From an uncultured delta proteobacterium (lineage in GTDB: Bacteria; Myxococcota_A; Polyangia; Polyangiales; B10-G4), in NCBI GenBank assembly GCA_963727445.1, contig CAVSGI010000021.1, positions 416,001-480,000 of the forward strand: a stretch of 64,000 nt of DNA. The letters are read 5' to 3'. The position numbers and the translations under genes are program-made. This document shows positions 1-13,695 of this stretch, piece after piece (positions within the stretch are counted from its first letter, which is position 1; every line of letters starts with the position of its first letter). The notes beneath the pieces are model-generated. The model was not told where the DNA came from, did no database searches, and saw only the letters and a list, made by a program, of their open reading frames with translations.

Positions 1-1063
1 CGTAATCGCCGGCCGCCTCGGGCGTGTAGTCGCCCAGAAAGACCGCGCCCGCCGAATCGATCCGCTCGAAGAGCTCTTCCGGTTCGCGCACCGCGAGGGC
101 GAGGTGCTCCGCCGCGAGCTCGCTCGCCACCCGCGCAGCCTCTTCGAGGTCGTCCACCACGAAGCAGTGTCCCTTCTCCTTCACACTCGTGCGCGCGATC
201 GCGACGCGCGGCAGAGCCGCGAGCTGTCGCTCGACCTCGGCGGCGATCGCTTCGGCGGCCCCCGGGCTCAACGTGATCAGGAGCGGATAGGCGTCCTCGT
301 CGTGCTCGGCCTGCGACAGAAGATCCGCGGCGACCACCGCCGGATCCGCCGCGTCGTCCGCCACCACCAGGATCTCGCTCGGCCCGGCGATCGAATCGAT
401 GTCGACGATGCCGAAGACCAGGCGCTTGGCGCAGGCGACGTAGATGTTCCCGGGCCCGACGATCTTGTCGACCCGCGTCACCGACTCGGTGCCGTGCGCG
501 AGCGCGCCGATGGCCTGGGCGCCGCCGAGATCGATCACCTCGGTCACGCCGCTGATCTGCGCGGCGGCCAGGACCTCGGGCGTCGGGCGCGGCGTGGCGA
601 GAACGATCCGCGGCACGCCGGCGACAGCCGCGGGGACCGCCGTCATCAGGACCGTCGAGGGATAGCGCGCCTTGCCTCCCGGCGCGTACACCCCAGCGGC
701 CCGAACCGGCCGCACCCGCTGCCCCAGCGTGATCCCGTCCTCCTGGTAGCGAAAGCCGTCGTCCCGCTGGTGCTCGTGGTAGCGCCGGATCCGATCCGCC
801 GCTTCGGACAGCCAGCTCCGGAGCTCCGCCGGCGCCGCGTCCGCCTCCTTCATCCAAGCGTCGTCGTCGAGACGGATCGGCTCCGGGCGTCGCTGCTCGA
901 AGCGCTCGGTCAGCTCGATCAGCGCCGCGTCACCGCGCTCGCGCACGGCGGCGAGGATCTGTCGGACCTGCGGCTCGACCCGTTCGAGATCGGCGTCCCC
1001 GCGCCGGGCGAGGGTGGCGAGCGCGTCGTCGTATCGAGCCGTGCCCCGTCGGTGGATGCGCAT
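1..1063 (-). CDS. hisD: Histidinol dehydrogenase (3' end runs off window)
   Basis: Manual translation from ATG at 1063 (MRIHRRGTARY): VGVYAPGGKARYPSTVLM, KIVGPGNIYV, IDSIAGPSEILV, LSQAEHD, AGAVFLGDYTPEAAGDY. Absent from the ORF track because no stop lies in the window. Confidence 0.95.
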   Translation of the reverse strand, partial: MRIHRRGTARYDDALATLARRGDADLERVEPQVRQILAAVRERGDAALIELTERFEQRRPEPIRLDDDAWMKEADAAPAELRSWLSEAADRIRRYHEHQRDDGFRYQEDGITLGQRVRPVRAAGVYAPGGKARYPSTVLMTAVPAAVAGVPRIVLATPRPTPEVLAAAQISGVTEVIDLGGAQAIGALAHGTESVTRVDKIVGPGNIYVACAKRLVFGIVDIDSIAGPSEILVVADDAADPAVVAADLLSQAEHDEDAYPLLITLSPGAAEAIAAEVERQLAALPRVAIARTSVKEKGHCFVVDDLEEAARVASELAAEHLALAVREPEELFERIDSAGAVFLGDYTPEAAGDY

Positions 1064-1084
1064 GGACGCGCTATCTTGGTGCCT

Positions 1085-2536
1085 TCACGGAGCGGTGTCG
1101 AGCACCGCGCCCTCGGAGCCGCGGTCCCGCTGCATGTAGGCCGTGCGCAGGCCGTCCATCTCCATGAGGATCTGCTCCCGCTCGAAGATCAGCTTCCGCA
1201 TCAGCCGCTTGTTGCTGAAGAAGAGCGTCCTGGTGACGATGCGCCCGGAGTAGCGCGCGAGCTGGCGCCGGTAGCGGATCCACCACATCCCCGCGAAGGG
1301 CAGCGACAACAGGTAGAGCGAGGTCCAGAGCCAGGAACCGGTCCCCGCGTGCACCAGCGCCCCGTAGGCGGCGTAGAAGAGCCCGTAGATCGCGGTGCCG
1401 GCGGTGATGGCGGTGATGGCGCGCATCGCCTCGTCGGGCGCGCGGAGCACCAGTCGGCGTGTGATCCGCTGGGGGACGAAGTTGTGGAAGAGCCCGAAGA
1501 ACGCGAAGGGCGCGAGCAGGACCGCGTAGAGTGTCATCTTCACCGCTTCCCGACGCGCGGAGATGGTCTTCGGCGGACGGTCGAGGAAGTCGCGACGCAG
1601 GCTCACCTGGCTCAGGTGGTCCTTGTAGCGCCGCAGTGAGCGCTTCAAACGCTCGATCGCCTCGGGCTCCTGCGCCTGGAAGTACACGACTGCGTCGGCG
1701 ATGTGCTGCTTGGCGACCATCAGATCGTCGAGGTCTTCCTTGCGCTGCGTCGCACCTTTGAGGGTGTCGAGGAGCTTGCGGCGCTGCCCCCGCACGTCCG
1801 GCATCCGCCCCATCACGTCTTCGAGGATCGTCGCCGAGTAGATCTCGGCCACGTCTTCGACCAGCTCCGCGTGGGCCAGGTCGTGGACGTGTACCGCCTC
1901 GGCGCGAATCCCCTCCTGGATGCGATCCGTCAGCTCACGCACCGCCGCGCGCTCGTCCTCTTCGTATTGCTCGCGGAGCGCGCGCGCGTCGATGGGCTCG
2001 CCGAAGCGCACCAGCACCCGGGTGAGGTAGCGGTCGCGATCCTCGAAGTTCAAACCGACCGGGATTACGCGCACGCCCAGTTGCCAATCGTTCTTCGCTT
2101 CGGCGCCAAGGGCGATCCGCGCGGTGCCCGTCTTGATTTCGCGCACGTGCCGTTCTGGAGCGTTCTGCCCCTCGGGAAAGATGCCGATCGTCCCCTTGGC
2201 CTCGAGCACCTCGTAGGCCGCGCGGAAGGCGTCCTCGTTGGCCCCTTCGGGTGCAGGGCCGTCCTGCCGTCGATAGATCGGGATCACCCCAGCGTTGTTG
2301 AAGAGCAGCGCGACCAGGGGATTGTCGAAGAGCCCGCTCCGCGCCAGGTAGCTGATGGTGCGGCTGGTCTGCGAGCCGAGCACCACCGTGTCCATGATCG
2401 AGTTCGGGTGATTGGCGGCGAAGATGACGGGTGCGTCCTCGGGGATGCGCTCGGCGCCCAGCGAACGGATGTCGACGAAGTAGAGCTCGAGGCCCAGCTT
2501 CAAGATCCGCCTCAGGCCGCGGTAGAGGAGCGCCAT
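1085..2536 (-). CDS. PlsC-family acyltransferase with C-terminal TM helices
   Basis: NHPNSIMD (HX4D), FPEG and KTGTAR motifs; start MALLYRG at 2536. Confidence 0.9.
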   Translation of the reverse strand: MALLYRGLRRILKLGLELYFVDIRSLGAERIPEDAPVIFAANHPNSIMDTVVLGSQTSRTISYLARSGLFDNPLVALLFNNAGVIPIYRRQDGPAPEGANEDAFRAAYEVLEAKGTIGIFPEGQNAPERHVREIKTGTARIALGAEAKNDWQLGVRVIPVGLNFEDRDRYLTRVLVRFGEPIDARALREQYEEDERAAVRELTDRIQEGIRAEAVHVHDLAHAELVEDVAEIYSATILEDVMGRMPDVRGQRRKLLDTLKGATQRKEDLDDLMVAKQHIADAVVYFQAQEPEAIERLKRSLRRYKDHLSQVSLRRDFLDRPPKTISARREAVKMTLYAVLLAPFAFFGLFHNFVPQRITRRLVLRAPDEAMRAITAITAGTAIYGLFYAAYGALVHAGTGSWLWTSLYLLSLPFAGMWWIRYRRQLARYSGRIVTRTLFFSNKRLMRKLIFEREQILMEMDGLRTAYMQRDRGSEGAVLDTAP

Positions 2537-2547
2537 CGATCCGAGGA

Positions 2548-4175
<1,628 letters not shown>

Positions 4176-4179
<4 letters not shown>

Positions 4180-4534
4180 TCGAAGGCGCTGTGGTTGATC
4201 AGCTCGTAGAGAGCCGTGGCCTGCTGGCCGGAAAGGGTACCGAAGCGTACACCGAAGCCCGCGGGTTCGCCGTTCGAACCGTCGTTGACCCAGCGCACCT
4301 CCGCCTCGAGCGTCATCGGTTCCCAGGCCGTCGGAGTGACGACGCTCACCAAGAGCCGGGTCCCGACCGGGGGGAGGTCTGGGATTCCACGAAGGCGCCT
4401 CCGAGACCCAGGTCCGAGGTTCGGCCCTGATGCACCAGGGTCGCCCCGTCGCTGTCCCGCTTGTACCGGATCTCCAGCGCGAGGGCCTGCCGCCGCTCGC
4501 GGCGGTGGTGGGAAGCGTCGTCTGCGTCACCCAT
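4176..4534 (-). CDS. Single-domain PilZ protein (one frameshift near 4370)
   Basis: RRERR and DLGLGG motifs; after a shift in a C6 run it continues PPVGTRLLV...AEVRWV...GFGVRF to TGA at 4176. Confidence 0.8.
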
Positions 4535-4623
4535 GGGCTCTGTGGAGAAGATACCACCAACGGCATTTGCCTCCCTCCCACCCCCATGGGGTATGGTCCC
4601 GACCTTCGTGGGGAGGACGAACC

Positions 4624-6548
<1,925 letters not shown>

Positions 6549-6628
6549 TCGACCGCGAAAGCCGTCGATTTCTCGCTGGCCGTTGACGTCCTCGGGGCGG
6601 CCTCTTCACAATCTACGAGTCCCGCTCG

Positions 6629-7552
6629 ATGTTCGGTCGCCCACAGAAGCTCCCGGTCCTGGTGGTGGCGGGGGTGTTGATCGCGCTCGCGCTGTCCCCC
6701 GCCTCCTGGTCCGTGGCCCAGGACCACAGTGTCCTGATCCGGCGCCTGTCGAATCAGCGCGCTGACTTCCGGCTTCGCGTTCAGGCGGCCTTCGCCCTCG
6801 GCAACCTTCGTGACGCGCGGGGCGTGCCCGCGCTCTCGAACGCGCTGTCGGATCAGAACCCGGCCCTGCGCGCCGCCGCGGCCACCGCCCTAGGGCGCAT
6901 CGGGTCGGCGCGCGGGCTGCCGGCCCTGCGCCGAGCGCGGCGAGACCAGTCGGCGGCGGTGCGCATGCAGGCCGAGCGCTCCATCGAGCTCATCGAGGCT
7001 GCGTCCCGCCACGCTTCCGCGCCTTCGGGCGGGCGCCGGCCGATGATCGAGATCATGCCGCCGGAGGACCGCATCCAGTGGCCGCGGGTGCGCTACGTCG
7101 TCACCCTCGGTGACATGGAGAACCGCTCCAACTTCCACGGCGACGGCCTCGAACAGACCTTGCGTGAGGAAGTGACGCGTCAGCTTCGGGTGCTTCGCGG
7201 TGTCGCCGTGCTCCAGTCCGAGATCCACCTCGACGACCGGGCGCGGCGCGAGATGCGCCGGCGCCGACTGCCGCAGCTCCGGCTCGACGGAAACATCGCC
7301 CAGGTCCGAAAGCAGCGCAGCGGGCGGGATCTTTCCGTGCGCTGCGAGATCAGCCTGATGCTCCTCGACGGGCGCCAGCGTGCGCTCCGAGGGGAGCTCC
7401 GCGGGGCCGCCACCGGGACCGAGCCGTGGCGCCGGGATCGATCGCAGCGAGCGGCGCAGGAGGAGCGTCTCGCGCAGCAGGCGCTGGCGGGCGCGGTGCG
7501 GAGCGCGATGGCCAACGCCAGTCAGGCTCTGGCCCGCGCGGCACAGCGATGA
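6629..7552 (+). CDS. Exported HEAT-repeat protein
   Basis: Signal peptide; LRVQAAFALG, LRAAAATALG repeats. Confidence 0.8.
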   Translation: MFGRPQKLPVLVVAGVLIALALSPASWSVAQDHSVLIRRLSNQRADFRLRVQAAFALGNLRDARGVPALSNALSDQNPALRAAAATALGRIGSARGLPALRRARRDQSAAVRMQAERSIELIEAASRHASAPSGGRRPMIEIMPPEDRIQWPRVRYVVTLGDMENRSNFHGDGLEQTLREEVTRQLRVLRGVAVLQSEIHLDDRARREMRRRRLPQLRLDGNIAQVRKQRSGRDLSVRCEISLMLLDGRQRALRGELRGAATGTEPWRRDRSQRAAQEERLAQQALAGAVRSAMANASQALARAAQR

Positions 7553-7579
7553 GGGCGCCGAGCGGGCGGATCTGGTAAT

Positions 7580-8212
7580 TTGCGCGGCGTGACTCGGCTC
7601 ATCGCTTCAGCCGCCCTCTTCGTGGCCATCGCCTGCACCCCCCAGGGAGACCCCGCCATCGGCGCGGACGGGTTCCGGGACGACTTCGACCGCGACAGCA
7701 TCGGCGACCTCTGGCAGAACACCGGCGGCCCCTACCAGCTCCACGACGGGATGCTCCACGTGCGCGGCGCGCGGAACAAGCCGCTGTGGCTCCGGCGCGT
7801 CCTGCCGCGCGACGCGCGCATCACCCTCGACGTTCGCAGTGACTCCCCCGACGGGGACATCAAGGTCGAGGCCTGGGGCGATGGTCACTCGCGCGCCGAG
7901 ACCGAGAGCTACACAGCCACCAGCTACGTGTTCGTCTTCGGAGGGTGGAACAACTCGACGAACATCATCGCCCGCATGGATGAGCACGGGCACGATCGCG
8001 TGGTGGGCCAGCGTCTGCCGGTGACCGAGGGGCAGACCTACCACCTGAAGATCGAGCGGCAGGGGAACACCGTCCGCTTCTTCGTCGACGACCAGGAGAT
8101 CGCGACGATGGAGGACAACGATCCCCTCGAAGGCCGCGGGCACGACCATTTTGCCTTCAACAACTGGCAATCGGACCTGTGGTTCGACAATCTGGTGATC
8201 GAGCCCCTCTGA
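7580..8212 (+). CDS. Lipoprotein, probable concanavalin-A-like/beta-sandwich domain
   Basis: Lipobox AIAC; FRDDFDR start; YHLKIER...VRFFVDD...FDNLVIEPL pattern. Confidence 0.65.
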   Translation: MRGVTRLIASAALFVAIACTPQGDPAIGADGFRDDFDRDSIGDLWQNTGGPYQLHDGMLHVRGARNKPLWLRRVLPRDARITLDVRSDSPDGDIKVEAWGDGHSRAETESYTATSYVFVFGGWNNSTNIIARMDEHGHDRVVGQRLPVTEGQTYHLKIERQGNTVRFFVDDQEIATMEDNDPLEGRGHDHFAFNNWQSDLWFDNLVIEPL

Positions 8213-8219
8213 GCCCCGG

Positions 8220-9209
8220 ATGGACGTAGCCGAGTTCGAGAGAACCCTGGAGGATTGCGAGCTACGCCTCGACCGTCTTCGTGCGCTCTACGAACAGTAC
8301 TTCCAGGGACTCGAGCGACTCGAGCCGCTGATCCCCAAGAAGGAGCTCCATCGCCGGGTGCAGCTGCTGCGCGGTGCGGTGCCTCGCAACACGCGCCTGA
8401 GGTTCCGCTTCCAGCAGCTCGTCTCCCGGTACACGACCTACCAGACGTACTGGATGCGCGTGTCGCGGCAGATCGAAGAGGGGACCTACCGGCGCGACAT
8501 CATGAAGGCGCGCCGCAGACGCGACGACAGACGGCAGGGCGGCACCGCAGCCGAGGCTGAAAGCGCCGCAGAGGGGCTCAGCATCGAGGTCGATCTCGAC
8601 TCGATGGATCTCGAAGCGGAGGTGGCGGCGGCGAGCGCCGAAGCGGCGGCTGCGGTCGAACGGCGCCTCGTCCCACAGGACGACGTGCTCGCGGCCATCG
8701 ACAATCTCGGCTCTCGCAGCAAGAGCCCTGAAGGCGGCCCGACCAACTCACCCTCGCTCTCTCCTTATGCGGGGCGTCCGCTGACGCCGCTCTTGACCAC
8801 CCCGCCCAAGAGGAGCGTGAGCGCGCCCAAGATCTCGGATCCCCCGAGCAAGACCTTTCCCAAACCGATGGCGCGATCGGCGCCCGCCACCGGCACCCAC
8901 CCGAAGCCCCCGCCCGCCCCCGGCACGCCCCCACGCCGGCCCGCGGTGGTCTCCCGGCGGCCCTCTTCACCACCCGGCGCGAAGGTGGTCGGCGGCCCCG
9001 ACGACGAGGGCATGCGCAAGGTTTACAAGCGTTACGTGGAAGCGCGCGCTCGCAACAACGAACGCGTGGACAACGTCCGCTTCGAGAGCGTCAAGAAGAG
9101 CATCGAGGCCCAGATGCCCAAGCTCCGCCAGAAGCACAAAGGCAAGAAGATCGACTTCGAGGTCGTGATCCGCAACGGCAAGGTAGGTCTGAAGCCGGTT
9201 CCCAAATAG
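8220..9209 (+). CDS. Myxobacterial protein with MXAN_5187-like C-terminal domain
   Basis: N-terminal LYEQYFQGLER...EEGTY block, Pro-rich linker, C-terminal YVEAR...IDFEVVIRNGKVGLKP; family assigned from recall. Confidence 0.65.
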   Translation: MDVAEFERTLEDCELRLDRLRALYEQYFQGLERLEPLIPKKELHRRVQLLRGAVPRNTRLRFRFQQLVSRYTTYQTYWMRVSRQIEEGTYRRDIMKARRRRDDRRQGGTAAEAESAAEGLSIEVDLDSMDLEAEVAAASAEAAAAVERRLVPQDDVLAAIDNLGSRSKSPEGGPTNSPSLSPYAGRPLTPLLTTPPKRSVSAPKISDPPSKTFPKPMARSAPATGTHPKPPPAPGTPPRRPAVVSRRPSSPPGAKVVGGPDDEGMRKVYKRYVEARARNNERVDNVRFESVKKSIEAQMPKLRQKHKGKKIDFEVVIRNGKVGLKPVPK

Positions 9210-9216
9210 GCGTCTG

Positions 9217-12200
9217 GTGGGTTCGGGGGACACCTTCGACAGCATCACCAGCGCGCCCACGCGGATCGAGGACGCGGGCTCCTTCACCGTCGCTGACCCT
9301 TCGCTCTCGGTGCCTCTGCCGCGCCTCGGCGAGGGCGAGGTCATCGCCAATCGCTACACGGTGACCGGGTTGCTCGGGCGCGGTGGCTTCGGCGAGGTGT
9401 ACGAGGTCGCCGACGCTCAGCGGCCCGGGCAGAGCTTCGCGCTCAAGATGCACCGCTTCCGCGGGACCACCGCCGCGCTCGAGGCGCTCAAAGGCGAGTT
9501 CGCGCTCCTGAGGAGTCTGACCCATCCGAACCTCGCGCAGGTCCACGACTTCGGTTACGTCGGCGACGACGTCGCGTTCTTCACCCAGGCGGTGGTGCGG
9601 GGCACGCGCCTCGACCACGCGCGCATCGATCTTCTCTCGCCTGACGGCTTCGACCTGCTCACCGCCCTGTGCCGCGCGCTCGACTACCTGCACGGGCGGG
9701 GTCTCCTGCATCGAGACGTCAAACCTTCGAACATCCTTGTCGACGCCGAGAGCCACCAGCTCACGCTCCTCGACTTCGGCATCTCTCGCGCGCTCGGGCA
9801 GATCGAGCGCGGACAGCTCGTCGGCACCTACGCCTATCTCGCGCCGGAGGCGATCCGCGGCGGTCCGGTGGACGCGCGCTCCGACCTCTATGCGCTGGGC
9901 GTGACCCTCTACGCCCTCGTCGCCGGGCGAGTGCCCTTCTACGGCAGCGGAACCGACGTGCTGGCCGCGCACCTCTACGACGCGGTGCCACGCCTCGCGC
10001 CGGACCGCGCCTCCGCGCCGATCGCCGACGTGGTGGCGCGCCTGCTCGCGAAGGAGCCGGGCGAGCGCTACGCCTCGGCGAGCGAGGTGCTGGAAGCGGT
10101 GGCCGAGGCGCATGGGCTCGAGGCACCGGCCGAGGAGGAGGCCAGCCTCACCAGCTACGTGATGAGCGGCTCCTTCGTCGGCGAGCGCCAGCTGATCGAG
10201 TCGCTGGTGAGTCACGGCGGATCGGCTCGGGGGACGCGCCCCGTGACGCTGCTCTCGGGCGAAGCCGGGACTGGAAAGTCGCGGATGTTGCGCGAGGTCC
10301 AGCAGCGTCTGCAGCTGATGGGACGCAGTTGGGTGCTCGTGGAGACGCGGCGCGGCGACGACGCCCGAACGATCCTGGGCGAGATCGCCCGCGTCGTTCT
10401 GACTCAGAACGTCGCGCAGCGCCTGACCGAGGAGGATCGCGTCGAGCTCGCGCGCGCGGTCCCGTCGCTGCGCCGGCGCGGCGAACGCATCGCCATGGCG
10501 GTGGATCCGGAGCGGTCGCGGGCCGCACGCATCGAAGCGCTGGGGCGCGCCCTCGCGATTCGCTTTCTGCATCGACCCGGCGTCCTGGCCATCGAGGACG
10601 TTCACTGGGCCAGCGGCGAGCTCGGCCCTTCACTGGCCGAGCTGAGCCAGGCCATGCGCCGCGCGGCGGCGCCGTGCCTGCTCCTGTGCACCTGTCGTCC
10701 GGGAGAGGTGGCAGACGCGGTCGCTGCGCATCTGGGCGCCGAGCGGCTCGAGGTCCCGCCCCTGGGCCCGGAAGAGAGCCGCGCGCTGGTCACCTCGATG
10801 TTCGGGGCGGCCGGCGTGCTCGAAGGCACCGAGCTCGGTCGCACCCTCGACGCCCGCCCGCACCCGGCGCTCTACGTCCAGGAGTCGCTGCGGCTCGCGG
10901 TGGAGTCCCGCACGCTGGTGCGGCGACGCGCCGGATGGGCGGCGACGGGCGAGATCGAAGCGCGCGAGCTCTCGGAGGTCCTCGAGGCGCGCGTCGCGCA
11001 TTTGAGCACCGGCGCCCAGGAGCTCGCCACCGCCCTCGCCGTCCTCGCCGAGCCGTCGAGCGTGGCCGCCATCGCGGCCACCACGGGTGCTGCGCTCGCG
11101 GAGGCGGCTCCCTCGTTGAGCGAGCTGGTGCGGGCCGGCATCGTGGAAGACCGCCGGGACGCACACGGGCGGCCGACCTACGACATGCACGACCGATTCG
11201 TCGATGTCGTGCTCCGTCGGGCGACGCACGCCGGGCGCCGGCGCATGCACCAGCGCGCGGGCCGATATCTCGAGAAGCAGGCGGCCCGAGATCCACAGGT
11301 CTTCGCGCGCGCAGCCGAGCATCTGGTGGAGGCGGCGGAGCCACAGGACGCGCGGCGGCTCTTCGGGCGCGCCGCGTCGTCGGCAGACGCACACGGCCGG
11401 CCCGATCGCGCGCTCAGGTACATGGTGCGCTCGCGAGAGGTCGCGCCAGGTCGCGGGGCGGTGGCGGTGGCGGATGCCCTGACCCGACACGATCTCGCAG
11501 TGAAAGCCGGCGTCGGTGTGGTGGCCGACGAGGCGCTCGAAGAGCTGGAGAGGCTCCGGCGGAGGGCGACGCCGCGCGATCGCATCGGCATCGATCTGAG
11601 GCGCTCCCGCTCAGCCGCACGACGCGGCGACAGCACCCGGGCGCTTCGAATGGCGCGCCGCGCGCTCCGTTCCGCGCGAAAGCTCGAGGCACCGGAGCTC
11701 GAGCAGGAGCTCCTGCTCGCCCTCGGTGAGATGAGCTTTGCGGGCGGCGTCATCGACCGGGCGCTCGAGGAGTTCGAGTCGGCGACCAGGGTCGCGGAGA
11801 TGCGCGAGGACCGCCCAGGTATCGCGCGATCGTGCCTCGGAGCCAGCCTCGCGCTCCTGCATCTCGGAAAGCTGGCACGCGCAGAGGCCCAGGCGAGCCG
11901 AGCCGCCCAGAAGGCCCGTGGCTCCGCTCTCGCAGAGCTCCGGTCGGAGGCGCTGCGCCAGCTGGGGAACGTCGCGCGCGAGCGCAGCGACAACCGGCGT
12001 GCGCTCAGTCACTACCGGCGCGCGGTGAAGGCGGCGCGTGCGGCCGGGGCCACCATCGGAGAGGCCAAGGCGTTGAACAACCTCGGGACCGTGGCGCAGT
12101 GGTTGGGCCACGTGCCGGAGGCGCTCGCGGCGTTCCAGCGCAGTCGCGAGTTGAAGGAGCGCGCGGGCGCGCGCGCGTCCCTGCACGTCACCAACAACAA

Positions 12201-12918
12201 CATCGGGGCGCTCTACGCCGCGGTCGGCCGACTCGCGGAGGCCCGGGAGGTGCTCGAGGCGCTGATCGCCGACGACGGAGCCGGGCCGATGCTGCAGGCG
12301 ATCGCCCGTGGCAACCTCGGCGACCTCGACGCGCTCGACGAACGCCTCGACGAAGCGATCTCCTCGTATCGGCTGACCCTGGCCTACTGCCGTGAGCAAG
12401 CCTTCGCAGCTCAGCTCAGCCACGTGCTCAGCGGTCTCGTTCGGGTGCTGACCATGCGTGGGGGCGCGGGCGACCTCGAGCAGACGACGGCGCTCCTCGC
12501 GGAGCTCGACGCGCTGCGTGACGCGGACATCGCCGAGAGCGGCCGTCGCTACCACACCGCCCGCGCCGCCGTGCTCGACGCCCGCGGTGATACGCGCGCG
12601 GCGCTGGCGGAAGCGCGACTCGCCGTGCGCGTCTCGGATCGCGAGACGCGCTTCTCGGATATCTTCGGCACCCTCCTCGACGCACGCTGGCAGTGTGCCC
12701 TCTACCTCGGCCGCCTCGGCCGCGAGCAGGCGGCGAAGCGCGCGCTCGGTACCTGCCGCGCCATGCTCGAAAAGCTCGTTCAGCAGGTGGGCGACCTCGA
12801 CCACCAACGGCACTTCCTCCACGGCCACCCGCTCCACAGCGCCGTGGACCATGGCATCGTCGACATCCCCCGCGGGTGGATCTGGCCGCCGCGCGACGGC
12901 CGGCGCCCGAACCCTTGA
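9217..12918 (+). CDS. Ser/Thr kinase-AAA(STAND) ATPase-TPR fusion
   Basis: GRGGFG, HRDVKPSN, DFG; Walker A GEAGTGKS; Walker B LAIEDVHWA; ALNNLG-type TPRs. Confidence 0.9.
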   Translation: MGSGDTFDSITSAPTRIEDAGSFTVADPSLSVPLPRLGEGEVIANRYTVTGLLGRGGFGEVYEVADAQRPGQSFALKMHRFRGTTAALEALKGEFALLRSLTHPNLAQVHDFGYVGDDVAFFTQAVVRGTRLDHARIDLLSPDGFDLLTALCRALDYLHGRGLLHRDVKPSNILVDAESHQLTLLDFGISRALGQIERGQLVGTYAYLAPEAIRGGPVDARSDLYALGVTLYALVAGRVPFYGSGTDVLAAHLYDAVPRLAPDRASAPIADVVARLLAKEPGERYASASEVLEAVAEAHGLEAPAEEEASLTSYVMSGSFVGERQLIESLVSHGGSARGTRPVTLLSGEAGTGKSRMLREVQQRLQLMGRSWVLVETRRGDDARTILGEIARVVLTQNVAQRLTEEDRVELARAVPSLRRRGERIAMAVDPERSRAARIEALGRALAIRFLHRPGVLAIEDVHWASGELGPSLAELSQAMRRAAAPCLLLCTCRPGEVADAVAAHLGAERLEVPPLGPEESRALVTSMFGAAGVLEGTELGRTLDARPHPALYVQESLRLAVESRTLVRRRAGWAATGEIEARELSEVLEARVAHLSTGAQELATALAVLAEPSSVAAIAATTGAALAEAAPSLSELVRAGIVEDRRDAHGRPTYDMHDRFVDVVLRRATHAGRRRMHQRAGRYLEKQAARDPQVFARAAEHLVEAAEPQDARRLFGRAASSADAHGRPDRALRYMVRSREVAPGRGAVAVADALTRHDLAVKAGVGVVADEALEELERLRRRATPRDRIGIDLRRSRSAARRGDSTRALRMARRALRSARKLEAPELEQELLLALGEMSFAGGVIDRALEEFESATRVAEMREDRPGIARSCLGASLALLHLGKLARAEAQASRAAQKARGSALAELRSEALRQLGNVARERSDNRRALSHYRRAVKAARAAGATIGEAKALNNLGTVAQWLGHVPEALAAFQRSRELKERAGARASLHVTNNNIGALYAAVGRLAEAREVLEALIADDGAGPMLQAIARGNLGDLDALDERLDEAISSYRLTLAYCREQAFAAQLSHVLSGLVRVLTMRGGAGDLEQTTALLAELDALRDADIAESGRRYHTARAAVLDARGDTRAALAEARLAVRVSDRETRFSDIFGTLLDARWQCALYLGRLGREQAAKRALGTCRAMLEKLVQQVGDLDHQRHFLHGHPLHSAVDHGIVDIPRGWIWPPRDGRRPNP

Positions 12919-12919
12919 G

Positions 12920-13669
12920 CTACGGACGCGGCTGCGATGGGCGGTTCGCCTCGAGCTGGCGCTGCCAGCGACGATACTCGGGGGAGCAGGTGCATTCGCA
13001 GGGACGGGTCGCAGGGCCCTGCGCCCGCTCCCGCTCCGGCGTACAGAGCGCCCCCGAGTTGGCGCAAGGATGCTGGATCCGCGCGAGCAGGCTGCACTCC
13101 GGTCCCAGCTTGTGGCACTCGGAAGCTTGTAAAGTGGTGCCGAGGCACTGGGCATAGGAGCCGGAGGCGAAGGTCGTCTGTTCTTCGTTCGGCGCCTCGC
13201 ACTCGGCCGGAAAGCTCTCCGCGTGGAAGTAGCGGCACTGGCCTTCGTCACACGCGCCGGGGCCGTCGACGAAGCGGCCGACGATCTCCGTCACCGCCCC
13301 GATGTCGACGCAGCGCTGCACGGCCTCGGCGAGGCTCTCGTCGTGCACGAAGGGGTGCTCGTAGCCATCGCCCGTGATCAGTCGCAGCTGCGCCTCGCAC
13401 GCGCCGCAGGCCCCGGTCACGGTGAACGGTCCGCGGATCATGCCGCGGACCGACTGCGCGGGTTGCTCGCCGCCGAGTCCCATGGCGATCTCGGCAGACG
13501 GCCCCACCGAGGTGCGACGGGTCGCGCCTCCGCCCTCGTCACTGGCGCTGCCCCCGCCGCCGGCCGGCGTCACGCGCTCCGACTCGTCGGCCTCCGCCGC
13601 TGGCTCGGGCGCGCCGCCGCACGCGTTCGAGACGAGGAGGCAGAGGAAGAGGACGAATGCGAAGCGCAT
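12920..13669 (-). CDS. Cys-rich hypothetical lipoprotein
   Basis: MRFAFVLFLCLLVSNAC lipoprotein signal; many Cys in the mature part. Confidence 0.65.
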   Translation of the reverse strand: MRFAFVLFLCLLVSNACGGAPEPAAEADESERVTPAGGGGSASDEGGGATRRTSVGPSAEIAMGLGGEQPAQSVRGMIRGPFTVTGACGACEAQLRLITGDGYEHPFVHDESLAEAVQRCVDIGAVTEIVGRFVDGPGACDEGQCRYFHAESFPAECEAPNEEQTTFASGSYAQCLGTTLQASECHKLGPECSLLARIQHPCANSGALCTPERERAQGPATRPCECTCSPEYRRWQRQLEANRPSQPRP

Positions 13670-13695
13670 CGCCCGCGAGCATACTCCAGCGCGGC

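Noticed and set aside
104..1639. Long antisense and alternate-frame ORFs (this one and many others, e.g. 35453-37285, 38965-40665, 59910-61970)
   Set aside because: Shadow ORFs of high-GC coding sequence; they overlap well-supported genes and have no recognisable motifs.
4360..4380. Programmed frameshift or phase variation in the PilZ gene
   Set aside because: Short run and many similar indels across the window point to assembly error.
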